Positions 1-9,101 of a stretch of 64,000 bases of DNA are shown here, one piece after another (the stretch's first letter is position 1; the number at the start of each line of letters is the position of its first letter). The notes beneath the pieces are model-generated. The model ran no database searches. It saw nothing but the letters and a program-made list of their open reading frames with translations, and was not told the origin of the DNA. Made by a program: the position numbers and the translations under genes. Source of the DNA: Candidatus Omnitrophota bacterium. GTDB lineage: Bacteria > Omnitrophota > Gorgyraeia > Zapsychrales > Zapsychraceae. The stretch lies in the NCBI GenBank assembly GCA_029261065.1, contig JAJDCB010000029.1, forward strand, positions 15,448 through 79,447, in the 5' to 3' direction.

Positions 1-2
1 TG

Positions 3-257
3 CCTTCAAAAACACCAGGGCGAGAGAAAGAGGTGTTAACAGATTGGGAAGGGTTAGAAGAGCCTAAAAGAGGGATGCGAGGTTTTCTAGTGTCTCCGCC
101 AACGGTACCTCATCGTATTTATCTTAGAGAAAATTGTTTATCCTGTCATGGGCCTAAGAATCCGAATATGCGTTTAAGGACTTCGCACCCAGAGCGTAGT
201 AGATGTTTACAGTGTCATGTGCCTAATGTGGATCAAGAATTTCAAACATACCCTTAA
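3..257 (+). CDS. Diheme cytochrome c, NapB-like (5'-partial; frame is open to the window edge)
   Basis: PPTVPH segment and two CxxCH motifs (CLSCH, CLQCH); no stop upstream of 33 in this frame. Confidence 0.7.
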   Translation, partial: PSKTPGREKEVLTDWEGLEEPKRGMRGFLVSPPTVPHRIYLRENCLSCHGPKNPNMRLRTSHPERSRCLQCHVPNVDQEFQTYP

Positions 258-271
258 AAACGATTAGTGAT

Positions 272-712
272 ATGAGTCAAGAATTAACGATTGATGATGC
301 CAAAAAAGCGATGGGCGTGCATGTCCTTGAAAAAGGGTACATGTTAAGAGAGAAGTATGGGACTTTTATTGATTATGGCATTTTATTGAAAATTATGACT
401 GATGACAATTTTGTTCGATTTCCAACGCGTATAGAATTTTGTTCTGCTAAAATAGAAAAAGGTTTCTTTGCTCTAGCTGAAAAGATATCTAAAGATAGCA
501 GTGATGGCTATGTTATTTATGTGCATGATCATTTTAAGAAACGATTAGGGGATGTGCCTGCATTGGTTTTGTATCATTTGGTGACAGTCAATTATGGTGA
601 TTTTGCCTCTTCAAATGATGCCGAACTTTTTGCTTCAGCAGCCTTAGGGATGAAGCAAGATGAATACTATGAGCACATTTGTCATCTAGCTGATCAAATT
701 CCGTATAAATAA
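272..712 (+). CDS. Hypothetical protein (146 aa)
   Basis: ATG-started ORF packed between the cytochrome and tatA genes; no recognisable catalytic motif. Confidence 0.7.
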   Translation: MSQELTIDDAKKAMGVHVLEKGYMLREKYGTFIDYGILLKIMTDDNFVRFPTRIEFCSAKIEKGFFALAEKISKDSSDGYVIYVHDHFKKRLGDVPALVLYHLVTVNYGDFASSNDAELFASAALGMKQDEYYEHICHLADQIPYK

Positions 713-727
713 TAGAGGGGGTCTAAT

Positions 728-1030
728 ATGTTTGGTTTAGGTTTTCCAGAGTTGCTCGTAATATTTTTTGTTATTTTTCTTCTTTTTGGAGCTAAGGCTT
801 TACCAGAGGTGGCTAAAGGTTTAGGGCAGGCCATGCAAATTTTTAAAAAACAAGCTCGAGAGATAAGTGACGATATCGAAATAAGTTCCAATAAACCCCG
901 TTTAGCGCCAGATTCAAAAGAGGAATCAACTAAAGCCTCAGATGTGGTTGGTGAAAGTAACGACTTTGACAGCTCTAAACGTAAAGACAATTGGCGAGAT
1001 CAGACAAAAACAAAAGATACTAACGCTTAA
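728..1030 (+). CDS. tatA: Twin-arginine translocase TatA/TatE subunit
   Basis: MFGLGFPELLVI...LLFGAKALPEVAKGLG signature; RBS GAGGGG. Confidence 0.9.
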   Translation: MFGLGFPELLVIFFVIFLLFGAKALPEVAKGLGQAMQIFKKQAREISDDIEISSNKPRLAPDSKEESTKASDVVGESNDFDSSKRKDNWRDQTKTKDTNA

Positions 1031-1074
1031 ATAATATTATTTGTTAATATGGAAAAATCCCGAAAGGATAAATC

Positions 1075-1578
1075 ATGCTTCCTATAGATAATTTTGATAT
1101 TCGACATTTGTTAAAAGATGTCAAAGTCAAAGATGTTATGACAGCGCCATGCGCAACAATTAATAAAGAGGAAAATTTGAGTCTTGTAGAGGAGATGTTT
1201 ATTGAAAAACGCATACGGCATTTACCCGTTGTCGATTCAGCGCATAGATTGGTTGGCCTGATCACCAAAAGAGATTTATTTAGAACGGTTTCTCCAAGAA
1301 AATCAATAGATGGGAAAGTTTCTTATTCAAGTGACAAATTGATTGAAAAAAGTGGCGTTTTTTACGAAAAAGAAACTTTGGATAATTTTATTTTAAGCAA
1401 GATCATGATTCAAAGTGTTTTAACTCTTAAAGAAAGCAGTTCTATTGCTGATGCTATTCATTTAATGGTCGCAAAAAAATTAGGTTGTATCCCTGTTGTT
1501 AGTGAGGAGAATAAAGTTTTAGGGATCATCACCCGTTTTGATATTTTAAAGATGGCCGATCAAATTGTGCAATCTTAA
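1075..1578 (+). CDS. CBS-domain pair protein (AcuB-like)
   Basis: VKDVMT...IRHLPVVD...VGLIT.RD and LGCIPVV...GIIT.FD tandem CBS motifs. Confidence 0.85.
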   Translation: MLPIDNFDIRHLLKDVKVKDVMTAPCATINKEENLSLVEEMFIEKRIRHLPVVDSAHRLVGLITKRDLFRTVSPRKSIDGKVSYSSDKLIEKSGVFYEKETLDNFILSKIMIQSVLTLKESSSIADAIHLMVAKKLGCIPVVSEENKVLGIITRFDILKMADQIVQS

Positions 1579-1743
1579 ACGTCATTGTTTAGTTTATGGT
1601 ACTGACGAAATTGGGCAAATAATAAAGCTGGTAATTTTTCTAGATTTTAATAAAATACAACCAGCTTTGCAGGCAAATTTTTTATAAGCATTTTTAAAGA
1701 GAGGAATGAGTTGAAAGACTCAATGTAATAATTATTTTAAAGT

Positions 1744-1779
1744 AAGGGGTGGCTTAGACTCTTTAAGTCCCCCTTTTTT
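1744..1779 (+). terminator. Rho-independent terminator-like hairpin
   Basis: AAGGGG-TGGCTTAGA...TTTAAGTC-CCCCTT stem running into a T tract. Confidence 0.5.
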
Positions 1780-1783
1780 CATT

Positions 1784-2422
1784 ATGAATAAGATAAAAAT
1801 TGCGATATTTATCAATTTAGTTTTTAATGGCATTCTCGTTTATTCGTGCACCTTAGCCGGTATTAATAAAGGGGATGCCTTTTTTTTATTTGAAGAAAAA
1901 CAAGCCGTAACTTTTTTCTCAGCATTATTTTTGGGTTCAACTTCTTTGAGTGCTGCTTATAGATCATACGTTCACTATAAATATGAGGAAGGCAAAAAGT
2001 TCTTTAACTTTTGGGGACTTTCATCTCTTGGTTTTTTCTATCTATGTATGGATGAATATTTTATGGCTCATGAAGGGATTGCTGCTGGTCTTGTGGAGAT
2101 GGTTGGGGGAAATGCACGAGGAACACATTTTGATGGTCTGACGTTAGCTTTTTTTGGTTTAATTGCCTTAGGTGTCTGTATCTATTTTCGTAAACAAATA
2201 TTATTTAATAAAAATTTTATCATTTTATGTGTGCTGGGAGCGTGTGGTTTATGCGGAACGGTTGTTTTCGATCAACTGGAATATCGAGGGGCCGTGATTT
2301 ATAAACTGATTGAAGAAACTTTTAAAATTGTTGGAGTGACGTTTTTTCTTAGTGCCTACATTATCGCTTTGACAGATTTTCTTGCTACCTTAAAAGGGAG
2401 GGTGACAGATGTTTCGATTTAA
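1784..2422 (+). CDS. Multi-pass membrane protein of unknown function
   Basis: About 6 hydrophobic segments; DE-x3-HE and EE motifs. Confidence 0.7.
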   Translation: MNKIKIAIFINLVFNGILVYSCTLAGINKGDAFFLFEEKQAVTFFSALFLGSTSLSAAYRSYVHYKYEEGKKFFNFWGLSSLGFFYLCMDEYFMAHEGIAAGLVEMVGGNARGTHFDGLTLAFFGLIALGVCIYFRKQILFNKNFIILCVLGACGLCGTVVFDQLEYRGAVIYKLIEETFKIVGVTFFLSAYIIALTDFLATLKGRVTDVSI

Positions 2423-3161
2423 TAATCACAATACAATTCCTCAAGTAAATGACGCTTATAGTTATTCCTCGTATTCAAAGAAACCTCCACTAGAAGATGT
2501 TGTTTTGGACTGGAATGTTGCTGTCATTCAACCAACAAAACAAATGCTTGGATCCGTAGTTGCTTATATACCAGATTTGATTGCCGCTGTTTATACTTTA
2601 GTCTTTGGATGGATATTTGCAAAAATAGCGATGATAATCGTTAAGAAGTTTTTAACAGCAATTCAATTTGACAAAATTGCTGATAAAGTTGGCATCAAAG
2701 CGATGTTTGATGATGCTGGTATATCGGTTACGGCTACACAGTGGTTAAGTAACCTTATGTTTTGGATTATCATTTTTATCGCAGGCGTTTTGTGTCTCGA
2801 TAAATTAAGGTTGGACACCGCTTCTTACCATTTAAATTTCTTTTTCTCTTATAGTATTTCTATTACGCTTGCGTTTGTTATTTTTATACTAGGATTATTT
2901 TTAAGCACGATTTTATCAAAAATTGTCCTAACAACAGCCAAGGCCTTAAAATTGAGCAAGCCCAATGTTTATGCTGGGATTATGCGGTATGGGATTATCG
3001 GATTTACAACAATGCTGGCCTTAAGTCAGTTTGCAATTCCTGGTGAGGCTATTTTGATCATAATTGGAGTTACTTTTATTACTCTATGCCTTACGTTTAT
3101 CGTAGCTTTTGGGATTGGGGGAAGGCAGTGGGCAGGAAAAATTTTGGATAAAATTGCCTAA
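2409..3161 (+). CDS. Conserved TM-helix (CmpX/MscS-associated) membrane protein
   Basis: YIPDLIAA TM-helix start and C-terminal AFGIGGR..A motif. Confidence 0.7.
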   Translation: MFRFNNHNTIPQVNDAYSYSSYSKKPPLEDVVLDWNVAVIQPTKQMLGSVVAYIPDLIAAVYTLVFGWIFAKIAMIIVKKFLTAIQFDKIADKVGIKAMFDDAGISVTATQWLSNLMFWIIIFIAGVLCLDKLRLDTASYHLNFFFSYSISITLAFVIFILGLFLSTILSKIVLTTAKALKLSKPNVYAGIMRYGIIGFTTMLALSQFAIPGEAILIIIGVTFITLCLTFIVAFGIGGRQWAGKILDKIA

Positions 3162-3213
3162 AATTGTCATTTGATTAGTTTCGAAAAAATAGGCTCGAAT
3201 TATCGAATATTTC

Positions 3214-3242
3214 TGGACAGCCTATAAAAACTCTGTTATAAA
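3214..3242 (+). promoter_or_regulatory. Putative sigma-70 promoter for the ABM gene
   Basis: TGGACA-17 nt-TATAAA with extended -10 TG. Confidence 0.4.
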
Positions 3243-3301
3243 TGAACCCAGCTTTCGTAGAATTTCTTCAACTTTGATTTTTTTCTTTACCATTTCTTTG
3301 G

Positions 3302-3676
3302 ATGACCATAATTTCAAAAGATAATGATGTTTTTACAGTGATTGTCCGCATGAGCGTAGGGCCGCAGCATATGGCTGAATTACTCAAAGCGCACACAAAG
3401 ACAATTCCTGTTATGCAAAAACTCCCAGGATTCCTATCACTTTCATCACATAAAACTCATGACGATACTCAACTCATTGTATATTTCCAATGGCAATCTC
3501 AAAAAGATCATGAGAACTGTATGTCAAACCCAGTTTGGCAAGAACCTGGGAATAATGATGTGATGCGTATGAAAGAAGAAGGGATTATAAATATGGATAT
3601 CTCGACGTGTGATGTTTTTGTAGCGGTGGGAGACTCGTCATCTCAGGATGCTGAGGTAATAAATGATCATGCTTGA
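3302..3676 (+). CDS. Antibiotic biosynthesis monooxygenase (ABM) family protein
   Basis: PGFLS..SH....D...YFQWQS..DH pattern. Confidence 0.75.
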   Translation: MTIISKDNDVFTVIVRMSVGPQHMAELLKAHTKTIPVMQKLPGFLSLSSHKTHDDTQLIVYFQWQSQKDHENCMSNPVWQEPGNNDVMRMKEEGIINMDISTCDVFVAVGDSSSQDAEVINDHA

Positions 3677-3702
3677 GATTCTATTTTGGCGGGTAATAAA
3701 AA

Positions 3703-3775
3703 TGGGCCATGCAAGACTCGAACTTGCTACCCACTGATTAAGAGTCAGTTGCTCTACCAGATGAGCTAATGGCCC
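3703..3775 (-). tRNA. tRNA-Lys(CTT), CCA not encoded
   Basis: Reverse complement GGGCCATTAGCTCATCTGGTAGAGCAACTGACTCTTAATCAGTGGGTAGCAAGTTCGAGTCTTGCATGGCCCA folds as a cloverleaf; anticodon arm ACTGA-CT-CTT-AA-TCAGT; T-loop TTCGAGT. Confidence 0.95.
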
Positions 3776-3909
3776 AGATGAAAAATTTAATTTTTCAAAG
3801 AGCACCTTTATATCAAAGTTTTTTAACGCTGTAAAGCAATTAATTAAGTGAATTCCTTGGATCTCCTCATAGCTTGGCTGTAAGGATATTCACACTTGAA
3901 AGACGAAAA

Positions 3910-4731
3910 ATGACAATTCAAACATTTGAAAAAGAAGCTTTAAAGAAAAAGGCTGTTTTATTTCGTAAAGAAATTCTTCAAGTTACGAATGCCGCCGGAT
4001 CTGGTCATCCAGGTGGATCTTTATCTGCTGTTGAGATATTAATCGCATTATATGATTATAAAATGAATCATAAACCCGATGACCCGCAATGGGAGGATCG
4101 TGATCGATTAATCATCTCAAAAGGCCATGTGACGCCTGTGACTTATGTGACTTTGGCGAATTATGGTTACTTTCCCAAGGAAGAGTTAAAAGGATTTAGA
4201 AAGTTTGATAGTATTCTGCAAGGACACGTGCATCGCAAAGTTCCTGGGGTTGAATTTAATACAGGCTCCTTGGGGCATGGATTGTCAGTGGTAAATGGTA
4301 TCGCGCTTGGAGCAAAACTCCAAAAGAAGAGTTTTCGTAGCTATTGTGTTATGGGGGATGGTGAGATCCAAGAGGGTTCAGTTTGGGAAGCTGCGATGAG
4401 TGCTGCTCATTTTAAGTTGGATAATGTTTGCGCTATTGTTGATTATAATAAAGTTCAAGAGAATGGTCCTACAAATGAAATCAAAAATTTAGAACCTTTA
4501 GCTGAGAAATGGCGTAGTTTCGGGTGGCATGCCATTGAGGTGATTGGTCATAATTTTGATCAATTGATAGCCGCCTTAGATCAGATAGATACGATAAAAG
4601 ATAAACCTTGTGTCATTATTGCTCATACCATAAAAGGAAAAGGTATTTCTTTTATGGAAGGAGAGCGTGGTTGGCATGGAAAAGCTCCTAATGATGAGCA
4701 ATTAGCAGAAGCCTTAAAAGAACTGGAATAA
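3910..4731 (+). CDS. Transketolase, N-terminal (TPP-binding) subunit
   Basis: SGHPGGSLS, SKGH, TGSLGHG and GDGE...EG..WEA motifs; ATG at 3910 preferred. Confidence 0.95.
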   Translation: MTIQTFEKEALKKKAVLFRKEILQVTNAAGSGHPGGSLSAVEILIALYDYKMNHKPDDPQWEDRDRLIISKGHVTPVTYVTLANYGYFPKEELKGFRKFDSILQGHVHRKVPGVEFNTGSLGHGLSVVNGIALGAKLQKKSFRSYCVMGDGEIQEGSVWEAAMSAAHFKLDNVCAIVDYNKVQENGPTNEIKNLEPLAEKWRSFGWHAIEVIGHNFDQLIAALDQIDTIKDKPCVIIAHTIKGKGISFMEGERGWHGKAPNDEQLAEALKELE

Positions 4732-4761
4732 TTAATACATTTACCTTTGGAGTGCTTAAAT

Positions 4762-5718
4762 ATGTCAGAAAAAATGGTTCCTACGCGTGATGGATTTGGT
4801 AAAGAGTTGGTTGAAATAGGAAAGGCGAATGAAAAGGTCTTAGTTGTTTCAGCTGATTTAGAAGATGCCACAAGAGCAGAATATTTTAAAAACGAATTTC
4901 CTCAACGTTTCTTTTCGGTTGGAATCGCTGAACAAGATATGGTTGGAACAGCGGCTGGTTTAAGTCTTCAAGGTTTTGTTCCCTTTGTTAATTCTTTCGC
5001 CGTATTTATGACAAATCGTGCTTATGATATGATTCGTATCGATGTTTGTTACAATGATTGTAATGTCAAAATTATTTGTTCGCATGCTGGTGTTACTGTA
5101 GGACCTGACGGTGCGACAGCGCAATGTTTAGAGGATTTTGCTTTAATGAGAGTGTTGCCTAATTTAAAAGTTGTTTGTCCGGTTGATGAATTGGAAGCTC
5201 GAAAAGCAACACAGGTATTTGCAAAAGAGATAGGTCCTATGTATATGCGCACAAGTCGTTGTGCTTTTCCTGTACTCACAAAACCAGAGGATCCTTTTGT
5301 GATAGGAAAAGCGAATATTATGAGAGAAGGAAAAGATGCAACGATTATTGCTTGTGGGGTGCATGTGAGTGAAGGGTTAAAGGCCGCTGATATTTTGGCT
5401 CAAGAGGGTGTTGAGGTAAGGGTCGTGAATATGCATACGATCAAACCTATTGATGAAGAGATGATTATTTCATGTGCCAAGGAAACAGGCGCCATCATTA
5501 CAGCTGAAGAACATCAAAAGCATGGTGGATTAGGCAGTGCAGTTGCTGAGGTGGTTGTTAAACAATGTCCCGTTCCAATGGAGATGGTTGCTGTTGATGA
5601 TAGTTTTGGAAGGTCTGGTTCCCCTGAGGAATTACTTAAAGCTTATCATCTAAAAGATGTTGATATCGTTGAATCCATTAAGAAAGCTATCAAACGTAAA
5701 ACATTACAATCCGTTTAA
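4762..5718 (+). CDS. Transketolase, C-terminal subunit
   Basis: ADL, VGIAEQDM, GPDGAT and EEH...GGLGSAV motifs. Confidence 0.95.
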   Translation: MSEKMVPTRDGFGKELVEIGKANEKVLVVSADLEDATRAEYFKNEFPQRFFSVGIAEQDMVGTAAGLSLQGFVPFVNSFAVFMTNRAYDMIRIDVCYNDCNVKIICSHAGVTVGPDGATAQCLEDFALMRVLPNLKVVCPVDELEARKATQVFAKEIGPMYMRTSRCAFPVLTKPEDPFVIGKANIMREGKDATIIACGVHVSEGLKAADILAQEGVEVRVVNMHTIKPIDEEMIISCAKETGAIITAEEHQKHGGLGSAVAEVVVKQCPVPMEMVAVDDSFGRSGSPEELLKAYHLKDVDIVESIKKAIKRKTLQSV

Positions 5719-5784
5719 GTGTCATTTTACCTCTCGAATAAATTCTAAAATAAAAGTGTTAAATTATTGTAAAGGGGAAGCTAG

Positions 5785-6912
5785 ATGTCAAAGAGTACCA
5801 TTGAACAATTAGCAGAATTTGGGCAAAGTGCCTGGTTGGATTATATTAGTCGTTCGTTATTGGAATCTGATAAATTTAAAAATTTGATGGATCAAGGATT
5901 GCGTGGCATGACATCGAATCCTTCTATTTTTCAAAATGCGATTGGTGACTCTTCTGAATATGATCATGAAATTGTTCAATTAAAACAAAGTGGTAAAAGT
6001 TCTTTTGAGATCTATGATGCGTTAAGCATAGAGGATATTCAAAGAGCGGCAGATCAATTTAAAGGTGTGTACGAGGTGACAAATAAATTAGATGGTTATG
6101 TGAGTTTAGAGATAAATCCTTTATTAGCTAATAAAGTGGATGAGCAGATTGCTGAAGGCAAACGTTTATTTGAGAAAGTTGATCGAAAAAATGTCATGAT
6201 TAAAGTGCCTTCCACAGAAGAGGGCTTTGAGGTTATTGAAGAGTTGATTGCCAGTGGCATTAACGTTAATGTCACATTAATTTTTTCTTTAGAACAATAT
6301 ATTAAAACGGTTGAAGCTTACTTAAAAGGTTTAGAACGTTTGTCTCAAACCGATTTTGATTTAAATGATATCCGATCCGTGGCTAGTGTCTTTGTAAGTC
6401 GAGTTGACTCTACTGTTGATAAGCTATTAGATGATAAAATTGCAAAAACAACGGAAGAGACAAAAAAGACAGAGCTTTCTTGTTTAAAGGGAAAGACGGC
6501 CGTTTCTAACTCGCGCATTATTTTTGAAAAATACAAGGAGTTGTTTAACTCTGATCGATTTAAAGAGTTGGCCGCAAAAGGCGCGCAAGTTCAACGTGTC
6601 CTTTGGGGATCAACAAGTACAAAGAACCCTGCTTATAGTGATGTAAAATATGTAACAGAATTAATTGCACAACCTACTGTGAATACCATTCCAGAAAAAA
6701 CTCTTATTGCCTTTCTTGACCATGGTGAGGTAAAAGATGCCTTTACTTGGGATGCTGATAAAGCTTTTGAGACGATAGAGGCTCTTAAGAAAAACGGTAT
6801 TGACTGTGATGAGGTTTGTTCAAAATTATTGAATGATGGTTGTGTGGCCTTTAACCAAGCTTTTGAATCCTTGTTGGATTCTATTGAGAAGAAGGCCGCT
6901 CAATTAGTATAA
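5785..6912 (+). CDS. tal: Transaldolase
   Basis: WLD, GMTSNPSIF, NVMIKVP (Schiff-base Lys), NVTLIFS, ASVFVSRVD. Confidence 0.95.
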   Translation: MSKSTIEQLAEFGQSAWLDYISRSLLESDKFKNLMDQGLRGMTSNPSIFQNAIGDSSEYDHEIVQLKQSGKSSFEIYDALSIEDIQRAADQFKGVYEVTNKLDGYVSLEINPLLANKVDEQIAEGKRLFEKVDRKNVMIKVPSTEEGFEVIEELIASGINVNVTLIFSLEQYIKTVEAYLKGLERLSQTDFDLNDIRSVASVFVSRVDSTVDKLLDDKIAKTTEETKKTELSCLKGKTAVSNSRIIFEKYKELFNSDRFKELAAKGAQVQRVLWGSTSTKNPAYSDVKYVTELIAQPTVNTIPEKTLIAFLDHGEVKDAFTWDADKAFETIEALKKNGIDCDEVCSKLLNDGCVAFNQAFESLLDSIEKKAAQLV

Positions 6913-6960
6913 AAGTGTCTCTATCATGAGCTCATTTATAGAGATACTTTGGATAAGCTT

Positions 6961-7887
6961 ATGATAAATTCATCTTCCCACCACATACAAGATGCCAATT
7001 GGCTCAATACCCCTACCCAAGATAAACGTGGATACATTGAACCCCAAACATTAAAAGAACTCTGGTTTCATACAGGAACGATTTGTAATTTAAGTTGTCC
7101 CTTTTGTCTAGAGGGATCAAAGCCTGGAGATGATCGTCTGAATAAGATTACATTAGATGATGTAAAACCTTTGGTTGAAGAAGCTCTTGAGGTGGGAGTG
7201 GAACGATTTTCTTTTACAGGTGGCGAGCCGTTTGTAATTAAGGATATGGTTAAGATACTAGACTATTGTTTGGATTTTCGTCCTTGTTTAGTTCTTACCA
7301 ATGCCACAGCCCCGCTGCAGAAGAGATTGGATGATATTAAACCTCTTCTTGATAAAAAGCATGATCTTAATTTTAGAGTGAGTTTCGATTATCATGATTC
7401 CAAAAAACACGATCAAGGCCGAGGAGAAGGTAATTTTGAGGTGGCTTTACAAACGCTTGGCAAATTAAATGCCTTAGGCTTTAATGTCTCCATTGCAAGA
7501 CAACGTGAGAAAGAAGAGCAGGTTGATGAAGTTGAAGCTGCCTATCATAATCATTTTAAGCGTGTGGGTGTGGCTGATAATACGCGTATTGTCAGCTTTC
7601 CTGACTTTTTAACGCCGGGTTCCATTCCCCATGTTCCTCATATTACAGAAAATTGTATGACAACATATCACAGTCAAGAATCTCGAGATAATTTTATGTG
7701 TAATTTTAGTAAGATGATTGTCAAAAAAAATGGTAAAATGCGTGTCTATGCTTGTACATTGGTGGATGATGATGAAAATTATGATTTAGGCTCAACATTA
7801 AAAGACTCTATGAAATATCGTGTGATGATGAAACATCACAGATGTTATTCTTGTTTTGCGCAAGGGGCGAGTTGTAGTGAAATTTAA
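6961..7887 (+). CDS. Radical SAM protein, ArsS-like with Cys-rich C-terminus
   Basis: CNLSCPFC, FTGGEP, LTN; C-terminal MC...YAC...HHRCYSC...GASCS. Confidence 0.85.
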   Translation: MINSSSHHIQDANWLNTPTQDKRGYIEPQTLKELWFHTGTICNLSCPFCLEGSKPGDDRLNKITLDDVKPLVEEALEVGVERFSFTGGEPFVIKDMVKILDYCLDFRPCLVLTNATAPLQKRLDDIKPLLDKKHDLNFRVSFDYHDSKKHDQGRGEGNFEVALQTLGKLNALGFNVSIARQREKEEQVDEVEAAYHNHFKRVGVADNTRIVSFPDFLTPGSIPHVPHITENCMTTYHSQESRDNFMCNFSKMIVKKNGKMRVYACTLVDDDENYDLGSTLKDSMKYRVMMKHHRCYSCFAQGASCSEI

Positions 7888-7904
7888 TTTTTAATATTTA
7901 TGAA

Positions 7905-8693
7905 GTGATGATTATGAATCTAAAACAAAAAGTTCTTATCTTTGAAACACCTTACGACATTTCAAACTATTTGTTAAAGCAATGGTCTTTGATCGCGGAA
8001 AAAACGTTAGAAAATCAAGATCATTTTCGAGTGGCCTTAGCAGGTGGGAAGACACCACAGGAGTTTTACAGTCGTCTTTCAGCTTTTCGTGCTTATGATC
8101 AATGGCATCGGACGCACGTGTGTTTAACAGATGAACGGTATTGTCAAGAAGATGATCCAAACAATAACTATCGAATGATAAAAGAAAAGCTTCTTAATTA
8201 TGTATCTATACCAGAGGAAAATAGTTATTCCATATCTCAGGATCAGAAAGACGCGCAACAAGCGGCTGACAATTATCAAACGTTTTTAAAGGGAATGTTT
8301 CAAACAGAAAATCAAGAATTTCCTTCTTTTGATTTTATGCTATTAGGAATGGGGAGTGATGGGCATACAGCTTCTTTATTTCCTGGGGACTCAGCGATAA
8401 GTGAAGATACGTCATGGACACTAGCTGTTAAGCAGCACGCGCTTACTTATGAAAGAATTAGTTTAAGTTTACCTGTCCTTAATCATGCCAAAAATATATT
8501 TTTTTTAATTTGTGGTCAAGATAAAGCGGAGATGGCTGAGAAAATTTTTATCCAAAAATTAAGGTTTCCTGCTGGATGTATTAATCCTGTTGATGGTATG
8601 TGTCATTATTTATTGGATCGCCAAGCAGCGGCTCGTTTACCCTATTTGGATTCATTCGTGGAAGAAGAAGGTGGGCTTGTTGTTGAGCTTTGA
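7905..8693 (+). CDS. pgl: 6-phosphogluconolactonase
   Basis: ALAGGKTP, DER, LLGMGSDGHTASLFP, RISLS motifs. Confidence 0.93.
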   Translation: MMIMNLKQKVLIFETPYDISNYLLKQWSLIAEKTLENQDHFRVALAGGKTPQEFYSRLSAFRAYDQWHRTHVCLTDERYCQEDDPNNNYRMIKEKLLNYVSIPEENSYSISQDQKDAQQAADNYQTFLKGMFQTENQEFPSFDFMLLGMGSDGHTASLFPGDSAISEDTSWTLAVKQHALTYERISLSLPVLNHAKNIFFLICGQDKAEMAEKIFIQKLRFPAGCINPVDGMCHYLLDRQAAARLPYLDSFVEEEGGLVVEL

Positions 8694-8714
8694 TGAATAT
8701 AAAAGGGGGATGAT

Positions 8715-8933
8715 TTGATTCGCCGGCATGGCCAAATGGCTCCAGAAGAAGTTTTCACACGATGTGTCTTTGCTTTTATCATGATATTTGCCGCTTTTTT
8801 TAGTTGGGGGCGATGGGTGACTTTAGTATTGGGTTTACTCTTTTTGCTTTCCGCTTTTCAAGGGATATGTGTGACATGTATTATTTATAAGAAGTATTTT
8901 CAGAAAGAAAACCCTTCCAATAACCCTTCTTAG
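8715..8933 (+). CDS. Small membrane protein (DUF2892/YgaP-like)
   Basis: Two TM segments then G.C..C..Y; RBS AGGGGG. Confidence 0.6.
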   Translation: MIRRHGQMAPEEVFTRCVFAFIMIFAAFFSWGRWVTLVLGLLFLLSAFQGICVTCIIYKKYFQKENPSNNPS

Positions 8934-9001
8934 ATATCCATAAATTATTGTAATTTTAATTGTCTGCTGATGCCTTTCAGGTATACTTAATAGTAGTGCA
9001 T

Positions 9002-9061
9002 TTGTCATTCCGGCTTAAAGAGCCGGAATCTCATAGATTCCCGATGCCTCGGGAATGACAA
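9002..9061. repeat. REP/RPE-like nested palindrome
   Basis: Outer IR TTGTCATTCC/GGAATGACAA; inner hairpins ATTCCGGCT-TAAAG-AGCCGGAAT and ATTCCCGA-TGCC-TCGGGAAT. Confidence 0.8.
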
Positions 9062-9101
9062 GCTCAAAACAAAAGCAATAAGAAGTTGAGCGAAGGAACT
9101 C

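Noticed and set aside
1595-1730. c-di-GMP-I riboswitch (GGCAAA and a GAAA loop are present)
   Set aside because: Element order and spacing do not fit the aptamer; kept only as a generic structured region.
3677-3800. tRNA-Lys as an integration site for an island
   Set aside because: No integrase and no duplicated tRNA 3' end seen in the window.
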